Shown piece by piece: positions 1 to 12,519 of a stretch of DNA of 64,000 nucleotides. Both the position numbers and the translations under genes were made by a program. Each line of letters starts with the position of its first letter. Position 1 is the first letter of the stretch. The notes beneath the pieces were generated by a model. That model was not told where the DNA came from and did no database searches. It was given only the letters and a program-made list of their open reading frames with translations. Origin of the DNA: Mizuhopecten yessoensis. Taxonomy: Eukaryota. The stretch covers positions 312,196 through 376,195 of the forward strand of contig NW_018406352.1 of the NCBI RefSeq assembly GCF_002113885.1, given 5' to 3'.

Positions 1-1119
1 CTACAAATTTTTGTGAAATGTTCAAAATTTAATAATTTATATCCGTTTTAGACCGGAAGTGCTGCCAGGGCAACACAGACCGACACAAAACTTATCATTA
101 TCCGCACAGCTTACAAGAAAAATCAATTTCAAATTGGATATAATGTTATGCTAAGCACGCGCAGCATTTTTTATCCGGGTTCACCCTTATCTGGGGACAC
201 TTATAGAAGTCGGAACGTCAGTGATAATCAGTCTGGATGTCAAGATATCTGCTAGCTTTAAAATAAATAAAACATAAATGTCAGATAAAAACTTTTTATC
301 AGTACATGAATTGAGTTCATATATTAAAAGAAAACATGTTAAAATAATAAATCCCGAAAATAAAACAATAATTTTCTCGTTTTAGATCATGGAACCAAAA
401 ATATGAAGGCTATCTTTTGATTTTGTTTTATTACATCGAAAAGTTGGTTTTAACCTAATGTTATCAGTCATGTGACAAATGGGTTGTGGAAACCGATCAA
501 TATTGGAGAAAGCGTAATTCGTCATTTCTCTATATCTTATGGTAAGTATTCAGTGAGATATTCATAGCGAAGGTAGAAATCGTTATAACTCGGTCAACCT
601 AATACAGCGGGCACAATATCGTCACAGAACCACGGCAATAGTATAAGGGAAAATTTAGAGGATCCTCCGAACGGATGTAAAATCATTATGACAACCTTAA
701 TTAAAACAGTATTTTTCTGGTATGGTATTGACAACATATTTAAATTTGGTGTTAGAAAAAAAGTTCTCTGAACAGTAAACAGGTATAAACTTGTGAAGCG
801 TATAGGTAGAAATATGGCGCTTTCAGCAATACCAGAGAATGGTCTTAAATGAGTGCTGCACATGATATGCATGTATTGTATGGAGTACATATTTCAAATA
901 TTAAAAACAATTAATCTTCCGAACAGACATCAGTGTTAAACGTTGTAAAGAACATAGATATAAATGTAGTTGTATCGGCAAAACCAGAGAATTGTCCGAA
1001 TGTACATTATATTAGTGTTGCACATATTTTCCATATATGGTATGGACTACAAGTTTAAATATTTGAATATGAAATCATCTTCCGGAACAGAAATCATTGT
1101 TAAACATTTGAAGAATACA

Positions 1120-2037
1120 GATAGAAATGTAGTTGTATCAGTAAAACCACAGATTATCCGAATGATATAGCATCAGTTATAAATGTACTTGTATCAGTAA
1201 AACCAGAGGATTGTCTTAACGAATATGAAACCAGTTATAAATGTAGTTGTATCATTAAAACCAGAGGATTGTCCGAACGATATGACATCAGTTATAAATG
1301 TAGTTGTATCATTAAAACCAGAGACTGTCAGAACGAATATGACATCAGTTATAAATGCAGCTGTGTCAGTAAAACCAGAGGATTGTCTTAACGAATATGA
1401 AACCAGTTATAAATGTAGTTGTATCATTAAAACCAGAGGTTTGTCCGAACGATATGACATCAGTTATAAATGCAGTTGTATCAATAAAACCAGAGGATTG
1501 TCCGCACGATATGACATCAGTTATAAATGCAGTTGTATCAGTAAAACCAGAGGATTGTCCGAACGAATATGAACATCAGTTATAAATGTAATTGTATCAG
1601 TAAAACCAGAGGATTGTCCGAACGATATGACATCAGACATAAATGCAGTTGTATCATTAAAACCAGAGGATTGTCCGAACGATATGACATCAGTTATAAA
1701 TGCAGTTGTATCAGTAAAACCAGAGGATTGTTCTAACGAATATGACACCAGTTATAAATCTAGTTGTATCATTAAAACCAGAGGATTGTCCGAACGATAT
1801 GACATCAGTTATAAATGCAGTTGTATCAGTAAAACCAGAGGATTGTCTTAGCGAATATGAAACCAGTTATAAATGTAGTTGTATCATTAAAACCAGAGAC
1901 TGTCCGAACGAATATGACATCAGTTATAAATGTAGTTGTATCATTAAAACCAGAGACTGTCCGAACGAATATGACATCAGTTATAAATGTAGTTGTATCA
2001 TTAAAACCAGAGACTCTCCGAAAGAATATGACATCAG
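1120..2037. repeat. Tandem array, ~59-60 bp unit
   Basis: Unit atatgacatcagttataaatg(t/c)agttgtatca(t/g)taaaaccagaggattgtccgaacga, ~15 copies; decayed copies from ~905. Confidence 0.95.
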
Positions 2038-2742
2038 TACACACTATATACAGTGAATAGTAAGAGTTGTGTTAAAGCACGGATTTCTGTCGTACGCATG
2101 ACTAGTGACAAGGTAAATGGTATTCATAGCAGTCATTGGTCTGCAATGTATCGGAAAACATGATAATCCCTCGAAAGGATCGTAAGCTCAGTTACAAGTT
2201 AATGACATTCACAGTATAATTAACAGCCTGTTCATTGATTTTAAACCAGATAATGGTCCCTTCGAATGATAACGCTAGCGCTGTTGTTGTAGTTGTTTCT
2301 GCTGATGTTGCTTCTGTTGTTGTTGCTGTTGTAGTAATTCTTAACTTGTTTGTTATTAGCAATAATGGTTTGCTTCCGCTTCCGTCTTCCACTGCTACTT
2401 ATTTTACTAGCCGTTCTTTTTTTCTTTTCTTTTCTTCAACGTGCAGTCAGATTCCCATGACAATTCACATGAGTATTTGTAGGTATGTGTAACTGTAGAT
2501 ATGCAAATGACTTTTGAAGTTTGTGTTTCATGACACAGGGATTTAGGAAAGTATGTGAGTGGACGAAATTTCAGACAGTATCAAATCTTTGCATGAATCT
2601 TCATTGGAATAAAAACATGTTGTTCGATTTCATTCCATTATTGTATGTAGGTGTATCACGGCACACCATACGCTACTACGACTTCCGTTTCTTCAAATAC
2701 AAGACGACAGCTAAGGCTTTGGTATCGTTTGTTTGGCCACTA

Positions 2743-2786
2743 GCATCACGGACGAGTTCAAGAAGTACGAAACAACTGTATGATGC
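2743..2786 (+). ncRNA. Degenerate minimal type I hammerhead ribozyme-like motif (copy A)
   Basis: GCATCA-CGGACGA-GTTC aagaa GTAC-GAAAC aact GTA-TGATGC: perfect 6-bp helix I, helix II with one mismatch, GAAA, GUA cleavage triplet; core differs from CUGAUGA. Confidence 0.6.
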
Positions 2787-2800
2787 GGTGTAAGTTATAT

Positions 2801-2940
2801 CTGGCTTACTGTATACATATCTGACTTACTGTATACATATCTGGCTTACTGTATACATATCTGGCTTACTGTATACATATTCGGTTTACTGTATACATAT
2901 CTGGCTTACTGTATACATATCTGGCTTACTGTATACATAT
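2801..2940. repeat. Minisatellite, 20 bp x7
   Basis: ctggcttactgtatacatat repeated. Confidence 0.95.
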
Positions 2941-3145
2941 TATCAGATTTTGAACATGCAATCACCTGTATGTGTGTTAAATGCACATTGCAGGGGTTTG
3001 CGTCCACTTCACTACCCAGTAGTTCGGCTATCCAACAGACGAAAGCATTGACTATTGATTGGTTTATACACTGTTCGATTTCAATCACATATTGTATATA
3101 GGTGTATTGTGATACTGCAAACGATATTGTGACTTCCGTTTGAAC

Positions 3146-4680
3146 TATTAACTAGAACGAAGAACCATTAACTAGAGCTGATAACCATTAACTAGAGCTG
3201 AGAACCATAAACTAGAGCCAAGAACCATTAACTAGAGCTGAGAACCATTAACTAGAGCTGAGAACAATTAACAAGAGATGATAATCTTTAACTAGAGCTG
3301 AGAACCACTTTAACTAGAGCTGAGAACCCTTTACTAGAGCTGAGAACCATTAACTAGAGTTGGGAACCATTAACTAAAGCTGAGAACCATTAACTAGAGC
3401 TGAGAACCATTAACTAGAGCTGAGAACTATTTACTAGAGCTGAGAACCATAAACTAGAGCTGAGAACCATTAATTAGAGCTGAGAACCATTAACTAGAGC
3501 TGAGAACCATTGACTAGAGCTGAGAACTATTAACTAGAGCTGAGAACCATTGACTAGAGCTGAGAACCATAAACTAGAGCTGAGAACCATTAACTAGAGC
3601 TGATAGCCATAAACTAGAGCTGAGAACCATTGACTAGAGCTGAGAACTATTAACTAGAGCTGAGAACCATTAACTAGAGATGAGTTCTATTAACTAGAGC
3701 GGAGAACCATTAACTAGAGCTGAGAACCATTAACTAGAGCTGAGAACTATTTACTAGAGCTGAGAACCATAAACTAGAGCTGAGAACAATAAACTAGAAC
3801 TGAGAACCATTGACTAGATCTGAGAACCATAAACTAGAGCTGAGAACCATAAACTAGAGCTGAGAACCATTGACTAGAGCTGAGAACCATAAACTAGAGC
3901 TGAGAACAATAAACTAGAGCTGAGAACAATAAACTAGATCTGAGAACCATTGACTAGATCTGAGAACCATAAACTAGAGCAGAGAACCATTAATTAGAGC
4001 TGAGAACCATTAACTAGAGCTGATAGCCATAAACTAGAGCTGAGAACCATTACCTAGAGATGAGTTCTAATAACTAAAGCTTAGAACCATTAACTAGAGC
4101 GGAGAACCACTAACTAGAGCTGAGAACCATTAACTAGATCGGAGAACTATTTACTAGAACAGAGATTTATTCACTAGAGTGGAGAACCATTAACTAGAGC
4201 GGAGAACCATTAACTAGAACAGAGAACTATTAACTAGAGTGGAGAACCATTAACTAGAGCTGAGAACCATAAACTAGAGCGGAGAACTATTTACTAGAAC
4301 AGAGAACTATTAACTAGAGCGGAGAACCATTAACTAGAGCTGAGAACCTTTAACTAGAGCTGAGAACTATTTACTAGAGCGGAGCATCATTAACTAGAGC
4401 TGATTATCTTTAACTAGAGCTGAGAACCATTAACTAGAGCTGAGAACTATTTACTAGAACCGATAACCATTAATTAGAGCGGAGAACTACTTACTAGAGC
4501 TGAGAACCATTAACTAGAGCGGAGAACCATTAACTAGAGCTGAGTTCTATTAAATAGAGCTGAGAACCATCAACTAGAGCTGAGAACCATTAACTAGAGC
4601 GGATAACCATTGACTAGAGCTGATAACTATTTACGAAAGCTGATAACCATTTATTTGAATGTAGAATCATTAACTAGAGG
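3146..4680. repeat. Minisatellite, 20 bp, ~75 copies
   Basis: taactagagctgagaaccat repeated with point variants. Confidence 0.97.
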
Positions 4681-4856
4681 GGACTATAACAATAATAACT
4701 TATTTCACTTACAACACATTTCTAATGCATGACCATGCTTAATGCAAATATAGGTTGTATTTTTAGATATATGAAAATAGTTAGGTAATCGTTACGTCAC
4801 TTTCAGCGTAATGCCTAGGCTGTAAGTATGTAAGCTATTGGCTGCCAGATCTGATT

Positions 4857-5150
4857 GGTTTGGTTTAGTTTAGTATTGTTTAACGTCTTATCAACAGCTA
4901 TGGTCATTTAAGGACCGCCTCCCCTGTGTGCAAGATGCATGCGTGTAGTGTATGCGTGTGTGTGTTTGGGAGGCTGCGATATATTCGTGTTTTGTCTCCT
5001 TGTGATAGCGCGGAACTGATGCCGACTTTGTAGTGCTACCTCCCTGAAACATACTGCCGAAGACAACCAGCAGGACACCCCACTCGGTCACATTATACTG
5101 ACAACGGGCGAACAAGTCGTCCCACTCCTTAATTGCTGAGCGTTAACAGA
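4857..5150 (-). mobile_element. 5'-truncated SINE, Meta/MESC-like core
   Basis: Reverse complement of 56524-56795 (cagtataatgtgacc...ggtagcactacaaagtcggcatcag...gacgttaaacaa, (aaacc)n tail); imperfect TSD gccagatctgattgg (4844) / gccaga-ctgatcgg (5152). Family name from recall of the core motif. Confidence 0.8.
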
Positions 5151-6438
5151 CGCCAGACTGATCGGTAGTTGTTTCTTTTTGCATAAAGTTTATGCACAAT
5201 CTGACATTTTCAATAATTAGGTAAGACAAATAAAGATATACCGACAGTATCAAATGTCGAGAAAGCTGACGCACAGACGTCCCTGGCATGCACAAGTACA
5301 GTTCATGTATATATAAATTAAGCAAGAAGTGCTGGCGCGCTGCAAGATTTTGACTGTCACAACCACTTGTTCACGGGGTATACCAATTTTGGTCATACCA
5401 CAATATCTTTATATACAGTGTGGCGATTGGATTATATATTCTTCAATGCAGTCAACATGTCTACAAAAAATGCTCAAGGGAAGAAAAAGAAATAGGGCTT
5501 CATAGGTAGGTCATAAATTTATAAAATAATATATAATGGAATACATAAAAGAATATGTTTTTTTCGATTCATTACTTAATGTGGACGATGTACTATTAAG
5601 CCAATTGCTTAAATTAATTTTTCAAATAAATGCAGAATTTTATGAATATTTTTCGTATTACATGTAGTTTCCTGTAGGTGAATGATATGAATAATTTTGT
5701 TTTCAAAATGAATAAGTATGAAAATATTAGAGATTAAGTGAATACTTTAAAATGACTTTTTTAAATTCTACCACAATGGTCCAACTGATATCAAGAATGA
5801 TCATGTAAAACGAAATACGAAAAAAATGAATATGACTCAACAACACTTATACTTTACCGATTTTACACATTATTAAAATTGTTTGTGGTAATACATTTTA
5901 TCATGTTGTCTTACGTTTTATTTTGGCGTTGTTTGAATCATGCTGTGAAAGATGCGAATCCGGGTTTGGATTTACATTTTTATATTTAAAGTGCATGTAA
6001 GAACATGTTATGGGGTTGTACCAGCGTTTTAATCGTTTAAACATACATGTCGCACGAGGATGTTATCACGAGAGACATCGTGGTGGGCATAGCAGTGCCG
6101 AAGAGACAATACACTAACAGGACCCAATGCACCCGTTCTAATGCATCAATTCTAATGTCGGCAACATACCCTCAGCAATTGACGGAAAAGTACGGTTGTG
6201 CAGGTACTCTTTATTAACTGTCCCTTGTGGTCATAGAATCGGTAGGGCAAGTCGATTACTTCCTCCGCCAAACAACCGTAGATATGGGGGCATATTGGAC
6301 TTATCCAGTAACCCCGCCGAACACGCAGGCGAGTGCAGCGTTTGGACAGGTTACGGGGAATGACGTCTGTTCAGTAGTGAAACATACTGTCCTTTGATAA
6401 AAAAAAAATCGTTGGAACGTCGTGATCAGGAGCCATTG

Positions 6439-6529
6439 TTAACTCATTCATCACTGAAGACACACTTGAACTCTTCCAATTCAAGGGTTGGAAAAGTTCA
6501 TTATGAAAATTCAGGGGTGAATGCGTTAA
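6439..6529. mobile_element. 83-bp TTAA-flanked MITE (copy 1 of 4)
   Basis: TTAA-ctcattcatcactgaa...ttcaggggtgaatgcg-TTAA; other copies at 26092, 42465, 59507. Confidence 0.8.
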
Positions 6530-7109
6530 TTGACGTAGTAACGTTAACGAAAGGTTAAATTGGGGATTCCCGTATCCACTGCCAAAACCTGTATTAGATT
6601 TCTTTTTGAATGGTCATGACAATAGCTTAAATGTATCAATTCTGAAACAGAACCTTGCAGAACTTTTATGGTTAATGAAATATAAAAGGAAATAAATCAA
6701 AAACAAAACATTAACAGAGCTTTACTAAGGGTCGAAAAGCAACATAGCCATGCCGGAATTCGGAACTTAATCTTCCATTCACAATACGGTCGGTCTCACT
6801 ATAATTGAGCTAACTGATCAGCGATAATTCCCTGTTTTAGCCAAACTACAGCTATATGTTAAACGAAATCATGGGGAGATAAATATAGGTATGAAAAAGT
6901 ATAGTGGAATTAAATGTCGTTTTGCCTGTAGTGGCACAAGGATGGTTAAGCTACTTGCTGTAATACTTTAGTGTCTAGGGAAATAAAAACTACTTTTGCT
7001 GATGTTATCTGTAGGTGATAAAGATGAATCAGGAATCAACAAGAGAATACAAAAATGTCAAAATCGATAAAAATAGGGCAGAATATTAACAAAGGAAATA
7101 ATTTCATGG

Positions 7110-7700
7110 ATACCCTTGATAAATGTATTAAGATAATAAGACCAAGAGTTCCGGAAGGGTAAGTCTCTTTTCGTATTGCAGAGTTATCTTCTCTTGTCAG
7201 CAGGTATTGATTGTTACGTCATTAGTTTGTGTGAGAAAATTACGTCGTTTTCGCAAAATATTATGACGTTACTCTCACAAACACATAACTAACATTCAAT
7301 ACCTGCTCACAAGGGCAGATAACTCTGCAATACGAAAAGACGGAATGCGTCTACGTCAAATCCAAATGACGTCATGTCCTCACATCGAGACCATGGGTAA
7401 TTAAAACAAAACCACAAGGCAAACTAATGATATTATCATAAACATCGTCCTTCAAATCACACATAAAAATAGCATAATTCCCGACCAGATCATGACAACG
7501 ACCATACAACTTCATCAATCTGATTTTTGGAAAGTTTAAAGTGTGTCCATCAGCAGTCGACATTTATAAGGAGGTCATAATATTCGGAGCATGCACTTGA
7601 GTACCGAACCAAGTTCAGAATATTTAAACGCCGTAGTAGGGAAAACTGAGTTGTTACTATCAAGAAAGGGAAACTTTATTATAGGGAAATCGAAATCGTG
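7110..7700 (-). mobile_element. Decayed Penelope-like retroelement fragment (RT C-terminal/thumb region plus downstream sequence), interrupted by a MITE
   Basis: Minus strand gives DFDFPIIKFPFL (7697-7662), RYSSACSEYYDLL (7606-7568) and KLYGRCHDLV, matching the DFNFPIVNFP...IRYARACS...KFYGR motifs of invertebrate PLE RTs; frameshifted and with stops. Confidence 0.75.
7166..7345. mobile_element. ~186-bp palindromic MITE (copy 1 of 4, left end damaged)
   Basis: cgtattgcagagttatct...agataactctgcaatacgaaaagacggaa; homologous to 29044, 35999, 53940. Confidence 0.85.
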
Positions 7701-8932
7701 CAACAAATATATGCATACTTTGTTTTAGAATTCAATAATTATGAAAATATCGGCATTTTATTTAGATTTCTTTTGTGATTAATAAAATAAAACTTCATAC
7801 ATGTACAATCGCAATCTAGAAAAGAGTAAGTGTCTGTACAGTAATGTTAACTGTTCAGCAGTGTGTATGGTAAATATATATTGTGTATAGGCTGATGTGT
7901 TTTAATAAACCTGACGCCTGTTTTGTTTTCATATTGAATGATTGTCAAAATACCATCGAATGGACTATAACCTTGATGTGTAATTAAACTCGTGAAACTG
8001 AATACAGTCGATTTCCGGATGCCGTGTTTTTGTTTGTATAAAAGATTTGTGTCTACCTTACCCGCTGTAGCGTGTCAACAAAATGTATGCACATCTGCAT
8101 TCTGATCGATTAACGATGCATTCGTTTTAAATCCGACTGTGTATACAATGAGTTATGTTCTGAAAGCCTAGTCGAATTATGTGTCAGAATAAAACACAAC
8201 GATAACACAAACAGCATCTGACAAAAAATCTACATTGTCTGCATGTTCATTTTAGATATAAGCTCTTTCGAATTTAAGTAAGAAAAAAAATAAAGAAAAA
8301 AAAAACACAAATTCAAAATTATTGTATACACGTTGTATTGGTTACATGTCCTTTGTGCTAAAATGGTAATCGACTTCCCTTTAAATATATGATAGAAACG
8401 TGATCAAAACTTATTTAATATATATATATATATATATAACCAACCGGCGGTGTTTCCCTGGGTACTTGTTGATACATCTTCACGCTTTCACAAATTAAGC
8501 AAGCCGTGAATCAAAACGAAATTTTGTTGATAGATGAACAAGTAAAATATCATTCTTTCCACATTCACTTTTGATTTACGAACTACTTTTTGTGGCCCCC
8601 CTTTATTTAAGCATAAATTTGGCACGGTATTCACACATTTTCATTTTTTCCTGTGTTTGACGTATCATTAACCGACTGAAATAAAGCTATGTGTTGCGCG
8701 CATATCTCTATCTAGACTAATAAATAACTTGTAAAATGTTTCAAAAACAAACAATTGACTTATAATGTATATTGCAACCCATAGGCATTTTGGAGTATTG
8801 GCACTCATGTGAAAAAATACCCGCCTTATGGCCCATCTCCAAACTCTGTTTCTATGGTGAGTGTACCAGTTAAACCACCGTTATTAACCCTACTCGCGAT
8901 TTCATGCATGTCACAAATTGCAGGGTTGATAC

Positions 8933-9221
8933 CAGGGGCGGGTCCAGGTGAGGGCGTTATGGTTTATTAAAAAAAAACAACAAAAAACAAAAAAAAACAA
9001 AAACTATCGTAATCTGCTAATATTGTATTGAATATGGCAAGTTATACATATTCATTAATTAAACACATACTCTGATTTCTTTTTATACTGATTCCCCGAT
9101 CCGATGGGTGATCCGTAGTTTTTTAGCAAAAAAAAAGGTCAAAATTTTTGTTCGCCTCGCTCCGATCGGCGAAAGATTTGATTTTAAATACCATCTTTCA
9201 AATATCCTAGAAACGCCCCTG
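8933..9221. mobile_element. MITE with CAGGGGCG termini and 5-bp flanking direct repeat
   Basis: caggggcgggtccagg ... cctagaaacgcccctg; GATAC at 8928-8932 and 9222-9226. Confidence 0.65.
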
Positions 9222-9944
9222 GATACTATGTATACACTACAAAGTAATACGTCTACCTGGCGCGTGTCCCATTGAACACCGTAGCAGAGAGTGGTGTGTC
9301 CTTTTACAGGACAACATAGCCACGGCTGCAAGCGTATTCTTGGTTCCAAGGTTAAAGTTTGTGTAAATGCAGTTGGTTTTATCGAACTCTTATCAATATC
9401 AACAAAAGCAACACTACCTGCCTCGGAGACCGAATGTCGATAGAGCCTCGTTTGAACTGTCGTTACATAGAAAGATCTCTGTATATGCATGTACACTTCA
9501 CCTTTCTTCTTCTTTGGGGTACTATAGCAACATCTTAATCCTTCGTCTCAGTGACTTTTTTTCGCGTTTATGTGTCTTGCTTTTATCGAACTCAATATGT
9601 ATATCAACAAAGACAGCATTATCTGCCATTAAGACCAAATTTGGACTAAGACTCCCTTAGCTTGTCGTTACAGGCAAATTGGTATGTATATACATCTACC
9701 CTTTCTTCTTACTACGTGAACTAACAGCAACAACCTCATGTTAATCCAAAGTTTCATTGTAATATCGCGTATAAATGCGTTATGTGTCTTTAGAGAAAAT
9801 ACGATATCAATATTAACAAAGACGGTGTTACATGCGCGTACAGATTCGTTTGGAGATTTATTACCAACATTTTGTTGCCTTTAGTTATATCCTCCTTTCA
9901 ACCGTTATATTCACCATAATATTATCTAAGTATGTAGCATCTCC

Positions 9945-10210
9945 TACCCCCTTTTCCTCCTCCTCCCCCTTCCTCTCCCCCTCCCTCCTCTGCCCCTCCC
10001 TCCAACCGTGCCGTCTCCTCCTCCTCCCGCCCTCTTCCTCCTCCTCCCCTCCCTCCCACCGTGCCGCCTCCTCCTCCTCCCGCCCTCTTCCTCCTCCTCC
10101 CCTCCCTCCCTCCGTGCCGTCGCCTCCTCCTCCCCTCCCTCCTTCCGTGCCGCTACTTCCTCCGTCGCCTCCTCCTCCTCCTCCTCCCTCCCTCTTCCTC
10201 CACCTCCACT
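9945..10210. repeat. C-rich polypyrimidine low-complexity tract with ~50-bp internal repeats
   Basis: (cct)n runs separated by ccgtgccg; almost no A on the + strand. Confidence 0.9.
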
Positions 10211-11029
10211 TATTGTACCATTTGACATGGTTACAACGTCAACAAAGGCAGCATGTCCTGCCTAAGAGACTTATTTTGATAAAAAATTGTTATTAAAATA
10301 TTTCATCTGTATACAATACCGTCCTTAAGTGACCTTAGCTGTTGATAGGACATTTAACCATATACAACAACACCAACTAAATATGTACATTTCACGTTTT
10401 ACCATTATTTTCAATGTAATAGCCTCTGCCTTTCTATCCTCTCGGTACGTAGCTCGTCCTTCTATTGGACAGTGTAACAACGTCAACAAAGGGATTTCAG
10501 ATCAATTGATAACAGCTCATTTGCATACACGCGTTGTAGTATCGTAACCGGTGTCTCTCTCTCTATATATATACACACGCAGAGACTCCATACCAGTACC
10601 GCTAGTGATAGTCTCAATCACACGGCGGGCCCTTCAGTGGATATCAACACATTCATCCCGGTAGCTGCTTTCTTACCAGGGGATCCGTTATACAGCACAC
10701 ATCACGTGGTCCGAGCCTCTATAGAGACCGTACCATGCTACAGTGACTTTACAACGGGTTATAAACATGTGCGTGTGAGTTTTCCTGGAATTATTCAACT
10801 CGACACAGTAAGTGATTTTCTCGTGGATCAATCTCGGTTGAAGTGATTCGGGGAGATGGATTACATTCGCTAATGGTTTTCTCGTTTCGCGACAGTATTT
10901 TGCTGAAAAGTAAGGCAATTCTCTGTAGGGGTTATTTATGTAGATTTTTTTATCGTGTTTTCCATCCAGTCGCGAGAGGTGGATACTGTAGAACACGACA
11001 CATACACCTGTACTTTATTTCGTTATATT

Positions 11030-12060
11030 ATCTGTAAGTAGAGGCACAATTCAAAATATACACTTTCCTTTTCGATTTGAAATTAACCAATACTCCTCCA
11101 GTTTTTGTAATTCATGCAATTCAGGATTTTAACATACATCCACCTCTGTTCCAATGTTGTTTAGACTTTGTAGATCCAAACCATTTGACCTCCGTTATAT
11201 ATCTCTGCGTAGAGGCACAATTCATAATACACACATTCCTTTCCAATTTGGAATTTTTAAAAAGTACTCCGGTGTTTGAAATGATCATAACTAGGGTGTA
11301 ACACACTTTCAACTCTGTTCAAAAATTAGTTTAGACTATTAAGATTACAACAAGTTTAACCTCTAGTGTCACCGATCTTACGTTTACTTTTCAAAGTTTT
11401 ATTCAAATTCGGTAGTTTCTAATTCGGTGGTCATACAGCTCGATGTAATGCCCTTTAGTCAGATAAGATTGTCCTTACCTAATGAATCAGTACTTATCCA
11501 GTGTTTAAAATTAGTTCAACTATTGGGTTCGACGGACCTCCCCTTCTGTTTCGACAACTTGGATCACAACACCAGTTTGCTCCTAGCATCACCAATGAGT
11601 TGTAACAGTTCAAAAAACTGTATTGTAATTTATTTCTGGCAAATTGTTTTTATCACATTCATCAGTACAATATTCCACGGTCATTTAGTTTGAGTGAATG
11701 TCCTTTAGTCAGATTAGCATGTCCTCACTAAATTAACCAGAACTTCTTCAGATTTTGAAATCATATAATACAGTTATGGGGTTAAACGCGCCTCCACCTT
11801 CGGTTTCAAAAGTAGTTTTGTCTATAAGGATGCTAACACCATTTTAGCCAAAAGCAACCCCATTGAGTAATAAGAAAGTCAAAACAGCCGTATGATGCAG
11901 TGAGATTTATGTTTTGGCATATTGCCGCTATTACAAACGTTTATAGAGCAATCATTTATGTTAAACTTCTCTCACTTTTCAAGTTTTCCTTCCAATTCGT
12001 TAGTGCAATGTTCCGTGATCAGTCGATTCGAGTGAATGTCCTTTATTTCGTTTAGCATTT
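11030..12060 (+). repeat. Decayed tandem array (~175-270 bp units) carrying hammerhead-like motifs
   Basis: Recurrent blocks aaattaacca..tcc/ttc..ttttgaaat..cctctgtt..tttagact..ggat..accatttt leading into tag(c/t)(a/g)tcacc(g/a)atg at 11364, 11584 and ~11853; aatg(t/c)cctttagtcaga-like blocks at ~11447, ~11697 and ~12036. Confidence 0.6.
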
Positions 12061-12519
12061 CATCTCTAAACTCAAACTCGGCGTTTTGTGTCAAATATTA
12101 GCACATTGCCAAACAACTCTATACATTATTCAGGAAAGAATATTATTTTCGCGGTTTTTTTGTTTTTTGAAAAGAGAGGTAATGCTAGCTGCAAACACCG
12201 CAAATATTAGCACACCGACAAAACCCTCCTGTTATACGGTGTTAAATATCATTTTCTTTGTTTGTGGTAGTGTGCTATTCAAAGTTTTAGGCGATTTGTG
12301 CGATGGTGTTGATTGAAAGTATCCCCTTTGTGGTAATATTGAAAAGTAGATGTGTGTGTAAAGGTTTTAGTACGGACTATTTGTTTTCTGTCTGGTCGTC
12401 ACTGAAACAAGCGTTCAGTATAGGATATCCTTAACTTCCTAGTGTTAATTGAAACTAACAGTAAACAACATATAGTAACCTTTATGTAGAATTTCCATGG
12501 TCGTGTTATATTTTTTTTA

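Noticed and set aside
386-541. Candidate exon with tttAG acceptor and GTAAGT donor
   Set aside because: Stops in all three frames; it could be non-coding but nothing else supports it.
1225-2060. Overlapping ORFs with KPEDCPNDMTSVIN repeats
   Set aside because: The unit alternates 59/60 bp and shifts frame repeatedly, as expected for a non-coding array.
6740-6820. Minus-strand tRNA-like sequence (gttagctcaatt...gttccgaattcc)
   Set aside because: No complete cloverleaf; probably a decayed SINE head, too degenerate to call.
9832-10296. 154-aa Pro/Ser-rich ORF and antisense Glu/Gly/Arg-rich ORF
   Set aside because: Produced by the C-rich low-complexity tract, which is open in most frames.
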